From Eledone cirrhosa (Eukaryota), in NCBI GenBank assembly GCA_964016885.1, contig OZ024757.1:29016001-29080000 (forward strand): a DNA stretch of 64,000 nucleotides, written 5' to 3'. The notes beneath the pieces were generated by a model, which had not been told where the DNA came from, ran no database searches, and was given only the letters and a program-made list of their open reading frames with translations. A program made the position numbers and the translations under genes. Below are positions 1-10,995 of this stretch, piece after piece. How positions within the stretch are numbered: the stretch's first letter is position 1; every line of letters starts with the position of its first letter.

Positions 1-167
1 ATTCCACTGCAAAGTGGTCGTGCAGGTGCCACGGCAAAAAAGCACCCAGCACTCACTGTAAATGAGGTTGGTGTAGAAATCAAGCCAGAATCAGTTCCCG
101 TCCCACCCTTGCAAGCAGGGAAAAAGCGGACGTAAAATGAAATGAAATGAAATGAAATGAAATGAAA
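1..167 (+). mobile_element. 3' end of SINE/LINE with RTE-type tail and (AAATG)n terminus
   Basis: CCCGTCCCACCCTTGCAAGCAGG..AAAAAGC at 97-127 also ends the RTE fragment at 33747-33778; followed by (AAATG)n. Confidence 0.7.
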
Positions 168-404
168 ATATATATCATATTATCTTATATATATTACATT
201 ATATATACTCGTATCAATGTATAATCATATACAGTATATCATCATCAACATTTTACGTCCGCTTTTCCCTGCATATACATGATGCGTGTGTTTTAACCCT
301 AAACTATGTTCCAAATTATCATTAGTTGTAACATCTCGCCGCAAGTGAATGCATATAAATTAGGCCAGCAGAACGTGTGTCTGTCTCTGTATTTGTGTGT
401 GTGT

Positions 405-510
405 GTTTGGTTACTGGATTTTAGCATCTTGACCATAAGGTCGTGAGTTCGAGTCCTGGACCAGGTGGTAGGTTTTGTTCTTGAGCAAGACGCGTTATCA
501 TTTCATGTTG
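405..510 (+). mobile_element. tRNA-derived SINE head fragment
   Basis: B box GAGTTCGAGTCC followed by TTCTTGAGCAAG..TTTCATGTTG, as in the SINE at 35137. Confidence 0.6.
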
Positions 511-526
511 ATTTTTATGATAGGTC

Positions 527-1376
527 TGGGGCTCCTACCATTAAAACACCCAAGAAATCTTCTATAAGATACAACCTCATAAGAGACCAGCTAAACCTCC
601 ATAGATGGGATCTGTAACAATAACAACAACAGCAACAACTAATGGAACTGGGGCCTCTACATTTAAAACTCCTGAGAAACCTCCTTTGAAATACTACCAC
701 ATTTAAGTTCATGTGAACTTGTATTGGCTGGAGCTGTAGATTTAATTGTCACATCAGTCTAGAATACTGGTCTCCAAAGTGGTTCTAGAGCATATAAGGG
801 TTTTACAAAGGAGTATCTGAGGTTCTGTAAAGGAGTATATTTATCCATATAACAGTATTATACTGGTCCTTTATTAATTGACATCAAAAAAGGGGCCTCT
901 ACTTTTAAAGCTCTCGAGAAACCTCCTATGAGATACAACCACATAAAAGGTCATTTGTACTTGCTATTGACTGGAGCTGTAAATTTAATTGTCACATCAG
1001 TCTAGTATAGTGGTCCCCAAACTGGGTTCCACAGACACATAAGGGTTTTGTGAAAAAAAGTAGAGGAGTATATTTATATTACGTCTATAAAAAAATATCA
1101 TACTGGTCCTTAATTAATCGGCATCAAAAAGGGGCCTCTATCTTTAAAGCTCCCGAGAAACCCCTGATAAGATACTACCACATATGAGTTCATTTGAACT
1201 TGTTATTGACTGGAGCTGTAAATTTATCACATCAGTCTAGAATAGTGGCCCCCAAAGTGGGTTCCACAGAAAATAAGAGTTCTGTAAAGGGGTGTCTAGG
1301 GTTCTGTAGAGGAGTATATTTATATTACGATCATATAACAGTATTATACTGGTCCTTTATTAACCGACATCAAAAG
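527..1376. repeat. diverged ~241-bp tandem repeat (3 copies plus a partial)
   Basis: GGGGCCTCTA..TTTAAA.CTC..GAGAAACC at ~650, ~892 and ~1132; partial at ~528. Confidence 0.85.
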
Positions 1377-1499
1377 GATAAAAAGGTAATGTTGATTTCA
1401 GGGGTCAGTGAGCCAATGTATTTAATCTTCTATCTCTCATTTCCATTCATTTTCACAGCCATTTTTAAAAAACACTCTCTTCCAAAGTCTCCATTACCA

Positions 1500-1880
1500 T
1501 AATCCTCCTCCTCCTCCTTTCTATCTCTGCTTCCCTTACCAACGTGTCCTTGTACTTCTCTACCCCCTCACTCTCTACCATTTTCAATCACCTCCCTCGT
1601 CTCTCTAGCACATCCCTCCTCTCTCTATCACTCCTCTCTATATCACTCCTCCCTTTATCACTCCTCCCTATAACCCCCCCCCCCTCTCTATCACTTCGCC
1701 CCCTCTCTAACACTTCTTCCTCTCTCTATCACTCCTCCCTCTTTCTAGCATTTCTCCCTCTCTCAGTTCCTCCTCTATCCTTCATCTCTCTCTCAATCAC
1801 ACCTCCCTATCACTCCCCCTCTCGCTATCACTCCACCCTCTCCCCATCACTCCACCCTCTCCCCATCACCCCCCTCTCGT
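1500..1880. repeat. pyrimidine-rich low-complexity tract
   Basis: CT-rich with CTCTATCAC-like subunits. Confidence 0.8.
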
Positions 1881-1939
1881 TTATTGTATCATCTTCGTTT
1901 GAGCTCACATCACATGTACCGTTATATTAACACATCATA

Positions 1940-2316
<377 letters not shown>

Positions 2317-2489
2317 AAATTAATAAAATAATGAATAAACAAAGAAACAGTTCCTTATATTAAAAAAATTCATCATTTTACGATCGTTTCTAGGATATAT
2401 ATGTGTTAGAGTTGGTATGCATATTCTATAGATCCCTGTACAATATTTATACAAACTATCAGAGGGAATATACATACCTACACATATAT

Positions 2490-2900
2490 ATGCTGTCTTC
2501 AGAAATAATGATATTTGTTTATTGAAAAAAACAAAGATTCAATACAATAGGTCTGTTTGGGAACAGGTTTTGAATTGACCAATAGAGAGATAGTGAGGGT
2601 CAGGATAGTAATATAGTAGTAGAAGAACCTTAAATTATGGGTAGAGGAAGGTAGATTTCAGTTTTGGATGGAAAAGAATATTATGAATGAAGGATTATTT
2701 TAGGGAAGAAATAGGTCTTATGCTGACCTCAGAAATAATTTTATTTGTTCATTGAATAAAACCAACAAAGATCTAATATATTCTGTCTGTTTGGTAAGAG
2801 GTTTAGAATTAACCAATAGAAAGTTAATAATTGGCCAAATGGTAAAATAGTAGTAATTGAAGCTTACTTTAGGGGTGAAAATAGGTCAGGTGGTCAATAA
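2490..2900. repeat. diverged ~230-bp direct duplication
   Basis: TCAGAAATAAT..ATTTGTT.ATTGAA..ACAAAGAT..GTCTGTTTGG at ~2499 and ~2729. Confidence 0.7.
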
Positions 2901-2954
2901 AAGGTATACAAGCAGTTGCTGTTATAAAATAGTAATGCCAGTACAAATATCTAA

Positions 2955-3120
2955 GGATGTTGTCCAAGGGAAAGGCAAAAGCCGATACAGCTTTGCACTA
3001 GTGATGTCACAACTCATTTCTACAAATGAGTAAACTGGAGGAACGTGAAATAAAGTGTCTTGCTCGAGAACACAACGCAAAGCTCGGTCCGAGAATCTAA
3101 TTCACAATTTCACGATTGCC
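2955..3120 (-). mobile_element. tRNA-derived SINE fragment
   Basis: reverse complement of the GTGTTCTTGAGCAA..CACTT.ATTTCACGTT.CTCCAGT core seen at 35211-35250. Confidence 0.7.
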
Positions 3121-3211
3121 ATTTTCCTTTTCTCCATATACTTACAATTAAAATTTTACAATATTTAGGTTAGCTATTCCAAATAACCGGTACATTTAGC
3201 GGTTTTATTGA

Positions 3212-3365
3212 GCGACGAATTGGCAGAATCTTTAGAACGTCGGTTAGAATGTTTTTCGGGTGCGTTTTCTCTGAGTTAAAATCCCACCGAAGTCAACTTT
3301 GCCTTTCATCCTTTTGAGCTCTATAAAAAAGTATCAGTCCAGTCCAGTGCAGTCAAGTATTGGAG
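3212..3365 (+). mobile_element. SINE (Octopus OR/OK-like)
   Basis: TTGGCAGAATC head, GAGTTAAAATCCC B box, GTCAACTTTGCCTTTCATCC body shared with 37845 and 43223. Confidence 0.7.
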
Positions 3366-4062
3366 TCGTCTTTTCCTCTATATCTCTATCTCACTTTTCA
3401 CATTCTCTCTCTCCCTCTCAATCCTTCTCTGGAAGAAATTTACTGTGTTCAGTAAATTTCTTCCAGAGAAGGATTGAGAGGGGGAGAGAGGGAGAGAAAT
3501 GTCCAAGAAACGAGTTACGAGACTATACATACATAGCGGTTTCATGGTTTGTTTTTCTATTTTATTACTTCTTCAACTCCTTATCCTCCTCTATATATGC
3601 AAATACACCTATCTTATTTTCTGTATATAAAAACATTTATGCTCATCACCCCACCCTATCAGTAATATGTGACCTTTGGTGATAGAAGATTTTTAATTAT
3701 CGATTTGCTGGTTTAGCGATTCGGTTAAAAGTCTAGAATATATAAAATATGCTCTTAAATATTCTAAATCTCTTTCCTTTTCTTTGAAGATTGGTTTTAA
3801 TAGCAGAGACAAACTCCATTTTGTTAGAATATTATGAATATATCCTTTAAACAAGTATACATTCATCTACCTCATCATAGATACATACGGACACACACAC
3901 ACACATATATATATAAATATATATATTTGTTTATGTGTGTGTGTCTGGATTTGTATTAAAAAATGCTCAATACTAAAGTAGAGTATAATATTTATTATAT
4001 CACTGAGATTGCTCTTTGATCACGCGAAACTCAGAGCATCTAAAGAGAGTAAACACAGTAAT

Positions 4063-4063
4063 G

Positions 4064-4131
<68 letters not shown>

Positions 4132-4540
4132 TACACACACACATATATATATATATATAGATATAGATATATAACTTATATATAATATATGATATATATA
4201 ATATATATATATAACATATATATAATATATATGATATATATAATTTATATATATAATATATAACATATGTATAATATATATGATATATATAATATATATA
4301 TTATATATTATATATAATATATAACATATATAATATATATATGATATATATAATATATATATAATATATATATATTATATATAATATATATATATATTAT
4401 ATATAACATATATAATATATATATAATATATATATTATATATAATATATTATATAATATATAACATATAGATAATATTAATATATATATAATATATATCA
4501 TATATATAATATATATATGATATATATAATATATATATAT
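4063..4540. repeat. (CTA)n followed by TA-rich low-complexity tract
   Basis: direct reading. Confidence 0.95.
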
Positions 4541-4639
4541 AATTGTTTCTACTTTAGGCACAAGGCCAGCAATTACCCAGTAAATTACTGGTACTTTATT
4601 TTATCGACCCCGTAAGGATGAAAGGCAAAGTCACCCTCG
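4540..4639 (-). mobile_element. SINE 3' part abutting a laminin exon
   Basis: reverse complement of CGAGG.TGACTTTGCCTTTCATCCTTACGGGGTCGATAAAATAAAGTACCAG..GGCCTTGTGCCTAAAGTAGAAAC (cf. 43237-43333). Confidence 0.9.
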
Positions 4640-4750
4640 TATCTACAGAGTGTGAACCTTTAGGTGGACAATGTCGTTGTTTGCCTGCTGTCATTGGAAG
4701 AGATTGTTCAACTTGCAAACATGGATACTATGGATTCCCATCTTGTAAAC
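4639..4750 (+). CDS. laminin alpha (alpha-3/5, LanA-like) LE-domain exon, 5' boundary uncertain
   Basis: translates [37 protein letters not shown]; donor GTATGT at 4751 (phase 1); possible acceptor TCTACAG ending 4648; not in the ORF track frame. Confidence 0.9.
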
Positions 4751-5272
4751 GTATGTGAATTTTATGTTGAATATATGTTATTAGTTACTACCTTATATAT
4801 CTTTTCTTTGATTGAATACGTAGGAAATCTTTCTGACTTTAAAGTTTCTCCATTTATGTAATTTTCGTTTTTTTTTTTAATCGATGAATATTTTATTTTG
4901 TTATCTGTTATACATAAATATATTATGTCAATCATATTTTACAAAAAGAAATTATACAATCATGGAAATATGAAAAAAAAGATAAAAACAAAATTAAGTT
5001 ATGAAAAATGGGGGGAACAGGTAAAGAAGGGCAGGTATAGCTGTATAGGAAAGACTATATATGATATAGGAAAAGGAGGGGAAAAACAAGGAGTATTAGG
5101 CCACAGAAGAAAGAGAGGAGGTGACAGGCTCTATGCCTAGGATGGGGTGGTGTTTTGGCTTACTAATTATTACATAATTATAAAACCAAATTAATGTAAT
5201 TTTTTCACCTATGAAATCTAGCATGACTTGATATAACCTTGTAACCATTTCCTGAGACATCTATGTTTTTAG

Positions 5273-5403
5273 GTTGTAAATGCAATGTTGGACTCTGTCA
5301 CCCACTTACTGGAGACTGTGTCTGCCCACCACATGTTACAGGAAATAATTGTGATCGTTGTCTACCAAACACATATGCATATGACCCGTATAATGGATGT
5401 AAG
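5273..5403 (+). CDS. laminin alpha LE-domain exon
   Basis: TTTTTAG acceptor; joins the previous exon in phase (C+GT=Arg) giving RCKCNVGLCHPLTGDCVCPPHVTGNNCDRCLPNTYAYDPYNGCK; donor AAG|GTAAGT; 8-Cys LE spacing. Confidence 0.95.
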
Positions 5404-5577
5404 GTAAGTAGTATTCTGATAAAAGATGCATAATTAAATATTTCTATCTAAGTCTCTATCAAACATACTGTGTAATTTCCATGAGGTAAGACTACATTGA
5501 AAAATAGTTTTAATGGAGACGAAGCACAAATAACTACATTCATTACATTTCAAAACTATTTTGGTTTTAACATTTAA

Positions 5578-5795
5578 CCCTTTAGCATTTACATTACTCT
5601 ATATTTACAATTGTATTTTTGTGATAAAGTTACCTCATAAAATTATCTCACATAATATCGAATCTATGAGATTTTAATATTAGTTATTTTGAGAACAATA
5701 TCTTAACATCAGTATGAGCAGGCGGTTACAGCCGATTTGAACAGAAAGAGGTGAGAGAATTCTGACCGGATATGGCCGGTTTAAATGCTAAAGGG
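5578..5795. mobile_element. piggyBac-type MITE
   Basis: 14-bp TIR CCCTTTAGCATTTA/TAAATGCTAAAGGG with TTAA on both sides. Confidence 0.85.
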
Positions 5796-6214
5796 TTAAT
5801 GGTGCGAAAATACAAATATTTATGCAGTAGACGTCCTTTTGTAGATGTTGCTTAACTCTTGACATTCTGTTGTGATTTAGCACAAAATATCTAAAAAAAA
5901 ATATGGTTTGTTAATCCAAATGTTTATAGTATTGGTTCTAGTGGACAGATCATTGAGAATTTGTTGTAAACTGGAGTAAAATCAGTGATACATAGTGTTG
6001 CTTTGTACTTTTCAAAAAAGTCTTCCTAAGGTGTTTTCATGTGGTACAGGATGTTAAATGTTAAAGATGGCTTTAAGTTGTTTTAGAGATGACAGCAAGA
6101 ACAGAAAAGGCTCATGGCCAATACCATTCACTCTTAGACTATAGATAATTATATATGTAATATATTATAAATTAGTTAAAGTCTGTCTCAAGTCTTAATT
6201 TCACTTTTCTCCAG

Positions 6215-6425
6215 TGTTAAGTGACTGAGGGTATAAGATTCCCCACTAGACAGGATGCCAGGGTTATCCACCAGCTACTACTGGTACTCATTTTTAGCTG
6301 AGTGTTCCGGAGTAACATGAAATGAAGTGTTTTGCTCAAGAACACAATGCTCCACCTGGTCTGGGAATTGAATGCTTGAGATTATGATTGTAAGTCCCAC
6401 ACCTTTACCACTAGGTCATGCACCT
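6215..6425 (-). mobile_element. tRNA-derived SINE
   Basis: reverse complement of the element at 35137-35365 (CCTAGTGGTAA A box, GACTTACAATCATAA). Confidence 0.85.
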
Positions 6426-6943
6426 TCATATCCATCTGTGTGTGTGTGTGAATGCACCAGTTTATGCACACGCACATACATTAGCGAAAGGTGTACACAT
6501 CAGAGAGAAAAACTGATAGATTGGTGCATTCTAACACAAATACCTTGTGGTATTTATTCCACTCGAGTTTCACAGACACTCACTTGTGATTCTCATCATG
6601 GGAAATACAGTGAAAGAGTGATTAATGAATTGAAAATCTAAGTTTGCTTTCTAATCACAAGATCCTGGGTTCTAATCTAGCCTTCATCTCTACAAATAGT
6701 TATTTATCCAAAATTACTCGTACATTTAATCGTGTGTGTCATTTGTACATACATGCAGAACATTTATGTAATTATAACCTAAAAGTATATTATGAAACTA
6801 TCAATCTTATCTCTAATCACTTCCATGTGAAAATATATTTTATGAAAGCCCCAGAAGAATAAATGTAAACATTGACCCGATTATAGTAGAAATAACAATG
6901 AGAAAGCCATGAACGCCAGCACATCTATTTTGCTTGGAAATTG

Positions 6944-7065
6944 AAAGTAGGTTTATAAATATTAATTTTTTCTTATGTTCTTGTATCTGTTTCGTTGGCC
7001 TTAATGGTAGGTGTTAGAGACTATGGAGACACTGATGTGGGGTTCAATCTCAGTCCGAATCTGTA
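6944..7065 (+). ncRNA. candidate Pol III two-hairpin RNA unit (TATA, A box, B box); copies at 11505 and 16066
   Basis: AAGTAGGTTTATAAATATTAATTTT, then TGGCCTTAATGG (A box), GGTTCAATC (B box); stems GTTTC/GAGAC and ACTGA/TCAGT. Confidence 0.45.
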
Positions 7066-7122
7066 CTATATCTTGTTAAATTTAAATTTTTCTCTAGCAA
7101 AGTAAAAAATGAAATTATTATC

Positions 7123-7546
7123 TATAGATTTTGACTGAGATCGAAACCCAGAGCAGGTTCTCCACCATCTCTAATACCTACCATTAGGCCACGGAGACAG
7201 ATATAAAAACGGTGTGAAAATTAATATTTATAAAGTTACTTTTTTATTTTTGTTTTATACTATAAAAAATATAATACGACACACTGCCAGTGATGGAACC
7301 CCGAACCTGGACCTCTACCGTCTCTTAAACTTACCACTAGGCTAAAGGGACGGTTACGGAAACTAACTGAAAATTGATATATATAAACCTACTACTTCAT
7401 TCAATAAAATAAAAGCAACAAATACGCAGCTATTAGTATAGAACCTAACGGAAATCGAACCCTAAATCAGGATCTCCACCGTCTCTAGTACTTACCATTA
7501 GGCCACATGGACGGTTACAAAAATGCATTGAAAATTAATATTTACT
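7123..7546 (-). ncRNA. three tandem (~155-bp period) candidate Pol III two-hairpin RNA units; copies at 11684-12107 and 16245-16668
   Basis: each reads on minus: TATA element, ~30 nt, ACCGTC(TC)..TGGCCTAATGGTA..GAGACGGT, then CCTG..GGTTCGAT..; the TATA of the third unit is clipped by a MITE. Confidence 0.5.
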
Positions 7547-7547
7547 T

Positions 7548-7761
7548 ACTAGAAAAAACCGGAAGTGGAGAAAATTGAAAAACTTTTTCTTTTTCTCCCT
7601 CTGATTTTTCAAACAAAAGAAAATTTTATGTAAACAAAAACGAAATTTTTGCCACGAACGATAACTCGTCTCTGACTTAAATCCAAATTTTGGATAAAAA
7701 AAAATCAGAGGAAGAAAAAGAAGATGTTTTTCAATTTTCTCCACTTCCGGTTTTTTCTAGT
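7548..7761. mobile_element. MITE-like element with 36-bp perfect TIRs (copies 12109-12322, 16670-16883; diverged relative ~40800-40950)
   Basis: ACTAGAAAAAACCGGAAGTGGAGAAAATTGAAAAAC ... GTTTTTCAATTTTCTCCACTTCCGGTTTTTTCTAGT. Confidence 0.8.
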
Positions 7762-7889
7762 ATAAGTAAGATTTGAACTTATAATGCTGTACTTTGTAGT
7801 AATGTCCCATATTATATTCAACATATTTTAATTAAAATTTGTTTTTTTTATAAAAGAAAGAACAAAAATCCTTATTGAAATTAAGAAAT

Positions 7890-8110
7890 GAATTTTATTC
7901 AGTAAAGTTGTTTTTATTTTGTTTTCACTTCATTAACTGCTGAATACGTCTTTTGTTTTTGATTCTTTCTAACCATTGTTTACTGTAAATGGTGACTTCA
8001 AGGAACCTGGATTATTACCAAGTTTCACTGGATGATGGCATTATTTTTTTGTATTATTTTGTTGTCAGTGGACATCTGGACATCTATCTAAATACCTGGA
8101 ATAAACACAA
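7890..8110 (-). other. conserved ~200-bp terminal-exon-like module (type B); copies at +4561 and +9122; paralogue 41340-41560
   Basis: minus strand TTTATTCCAG|GTATTTAG..GATGTCCACTGA..CCATCATCCAGT..CCATTTACAGTA..AATAAA. Confidence 0.4.
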
Positions 8111-9749
8111 GGTGTGTGTTTTACGTAACATTTCATTTTAATGTCTGATGTTCCTGTATATCACATTTAAAATGTAACCAATAAACAAGACAGGGAGGCT
8201 ACATCAAAAGAAACCTACACAGACGAGGTATGAATAATCTAAAATTAATTTTAACAAACTATAAACGATGTTTAAAGAAAGACAAACATAATAATTACAG
8301 CCATAATCTAATATCTGAAGATCAACATTTTTCACGATAGAAATAAAACTAAATATGTAAAGTTTAGTGGCCCCTGATTTACTTGCTTTTAATTTCATTT
8401 TGATAATCTGTATTCTGTAGACATATATTTATGATTTTAATGATGAAATTTCCTCTTGTCTTTAAAAGATTATTACTTATAAACATTATAATAGTCACCC
8501 CCTCCTCTGGATTAATATATAGCATCATTCGAAGTAGCTAACCCCCAGGGGGTTCCTCATCTGGGCGATTTCAACTGTTGGGTGGGCGATGAGCAGCTGA
8601 ACAGAAAATTGATGACCATTGGAAACTTTGGTGGGCGATATAGAATTTCGAGATTTAAGAAGGTATGCTACCCGAAAACCTATTCAAGGAATATATATAC
8701 AAAGAACATGAATAAAAATCAGTAAGCTGATTGGGAAAATTGAACCAGGAACAAACATTTACGAAACATATTTGGTATACTTTGGAATATTTGCTATACA
8801 GGTGGCTGGTGGAACATTTTTTCATGTGAATGTGGGTAATGACGCCAAAATATTTGGCAACACTTGGCCTACACCTTACTAAATGTTCTGGAGACAAGCC
8901 TCTTAGCTATATATCATAGTTACTTCAATCCTTCATCTTCCACTGTTGGTGAAGTATTTCGATTTGTTATGACGATCGCAGAGTTAGATTTAGGACGTGG
9001 TGGCGTTCATGGGTTTCTTAGTGTTGTTACTAGAAAGGGTCGACTCTGTCTTTCACATTTCAGGTTTTTTCCTGAATTAAATATTCACTTTCTTTCTGAT
9101 CGGTCTAACAATGATTTGAACCTACAATGACTCCGTCTGTAATAATGTTCTCTTATTTGAAATATGTCATGTGTGTGTGAAAAAATATTCCAACTTAGAG
9201 CGACGTGCCCGTAAATTGTTTAGCCTGATTACTATATATAGATAATGTGTAGGTGTGTAATATTTGAGCATTCATTGAGGGTCTTTGCCGTAATTCCGAC
9301 TAGAAGTCATTATGTAGTTTTTTCGTCCGTTAAAAATAATGATTAAAATAATTCTATAGCCACCTCATCACATATTATATAATTTCCACCAATAACTACA
9401 TTATATCCTTAAATATGACACCAAGACATAATTTGTATTAAAACCTCAATTTTTAAATAATTTTACCCCACCTTTGTGTTCAGATTAATCCATAATTTTA
9501 TGATTTTGGAGCAGATAACTTATAGTACCAGTCATGTACTGGGATCAATTTAACGGATTGGTTCCTCCCCGCAAATTACTTGACTTTTGCCTAAGTAAGA
9601 CATACTCACAGAATGTATCGATGTATATGTATGAATGTATATATATATATATAATAATAATATATATATATATATCTATATATTTATGTTTACAATAAAA
9701 ATAGACAAACAATTTAATGATAATATGAAATGAAATTATTATTATTTAT

Positions 9750-9945
9750 TAATATTTTTATTGTTTTCACTGCATTAACTTCTGAGTGTGACTTTGTTTT
9801 TCTTACTATTTTCTACTGTAAATGGCGGCTGAGAGGAAATTGGATTATTACTAAGGTTTACTGGATTGTGGTGTTTCTTTATTGTTTTATATTTCATTCA
9901 GTGGACATCAGGATAACTTTCTATATACCTGGGATAAATGTAAAG
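9750..9945 (-). other. terminal-exon-like module (type A), paralogous to 7890-8110; copies at +4561 and +9122; paralogue 44420-44605
   Basis: TTTATCCCAG|GTATATAG..GATGTCCACTGA..GCCGCCATTTACAGTAG..AATAAA. Confidence 0.4.
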
Positions 9946-9989
9946 AGTACTGTCTTTCATCTGCAGAACAATGGTGATGTCTTCTTATT

Positions 9990-10995
9990 TTTACATTTAC
10001 TTCTGCAATACTGTATATTGTAGTCTTTTCATTATTTTAAATATTTCTATCATGTCACTCGTTTGATATATCTCCTCGAAAGATGTAGTTATTCAGGGCT
10101 TTACATTGGAATAGTGTACTACTATTTAAATATATATTTCTATCATGTCCCCCCCACCCTCTTAGATTTATCTCCTCTAAATTTGCAATCCCTAAAGTTT
10201 AACATCTTTCTTCAGAAGACAGATTTCTTAATAATTCTGGTGTTTTCTGTTTTGTTCTTCTCTCCATTCCTTCAATAGCTTCTCCGTATTTTCTGAAGTC
10301 CTCTGACCATACCTCTAGACAATATTCTAGGTGGTATCACACATATCATTCAACTAGTGTTTTAGACCTCTCGACATTTAGCTAGGCAAAGGAATGTTTT
10401 ATTATTCCTATCATCTGAATTCCTTTTTTTTCTTCAACATGTTTCGCCATCTTTAAAATCATATTCATACGTATTCACAATTCCTCGTGGAGGGGTATAA
10501 GAGACATGTATAAATATAGCTGCATATTACTACAAAATAACTTGAACCATATCGCGAAACATTTTGTAAAGTATCTCTGTAATTATTCTCATTTCGATTT
10601 TCTGTAGAATGTATTGACGTTTAAGATAGAGACAATTGCCCTTCTTCTAATAATCTCTTTGTCCATTCCATGTTTAGTCTCACAAAATATTGTTAATGCA
10701 AGATTTTGCTCTAATGTAATAAATGTTACTTTTGAAAGACCGAAGTTCTCAATTTTCTTCTTTCGCTTGGAGATGGATGACGAATTATGTGATGGGGAGG
10801 AAAAAGCCACGACCTTCTTCTCTCGTTACAGAAGGCTAACTGACAACGGCTTTCGCAGGCGTGACTAGTACTGTACACCAATGAACAATACTGCCTTTTA
10901 TATACCGTGACAACTGGAAAGACGTGACAAATAAGGATACACTCTGCTCTCCTTATCAACATTGTCCGAGTCTGAGGACCTTTCCTCCCTGGTTA
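9990..10995 (-). mobile_element. highly decayed CR1/L2-clade LINE ORF2 remnant (copy 14551-15556; truncated third copy ending 19184)
   Basis: frameshifted traces of KSPGPDNI, IYKKG, NYRPVSLL, HLEYCxxVWS, LRNLSxEER and [11 protein letters not shown]. Confidence 0.7.

Noticed and set aside
6560-6641. Possible next laminin exon (TCDSHHGK)
   Set aside because: Lacks LE cysteine spacing and a donor site
8546-8640. hAT-like left terminus CAGGGGGTTCCTCA with GGGCGAT subterminal repeats
   Set aside because: No matching right terminus or TSD found
10614-10868. 84-aa ORF with signal-peptide-like N-terminus
   Set aside because: TTG start, antisense to the CR1 remnant, not maintained as an equivalent ORF in the paralogues
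10860-10995. Apparent TATA-box gene family (GGTATATAAAAGGCAG on minus at ~10900, 15461, 39703, 45731, 46153)
   Set aside because: The TATA is better explained as the IYKKG codons of a decayed CR1-type RT, lying between KSPGPDNI-like and NYRPVSLL-like traces
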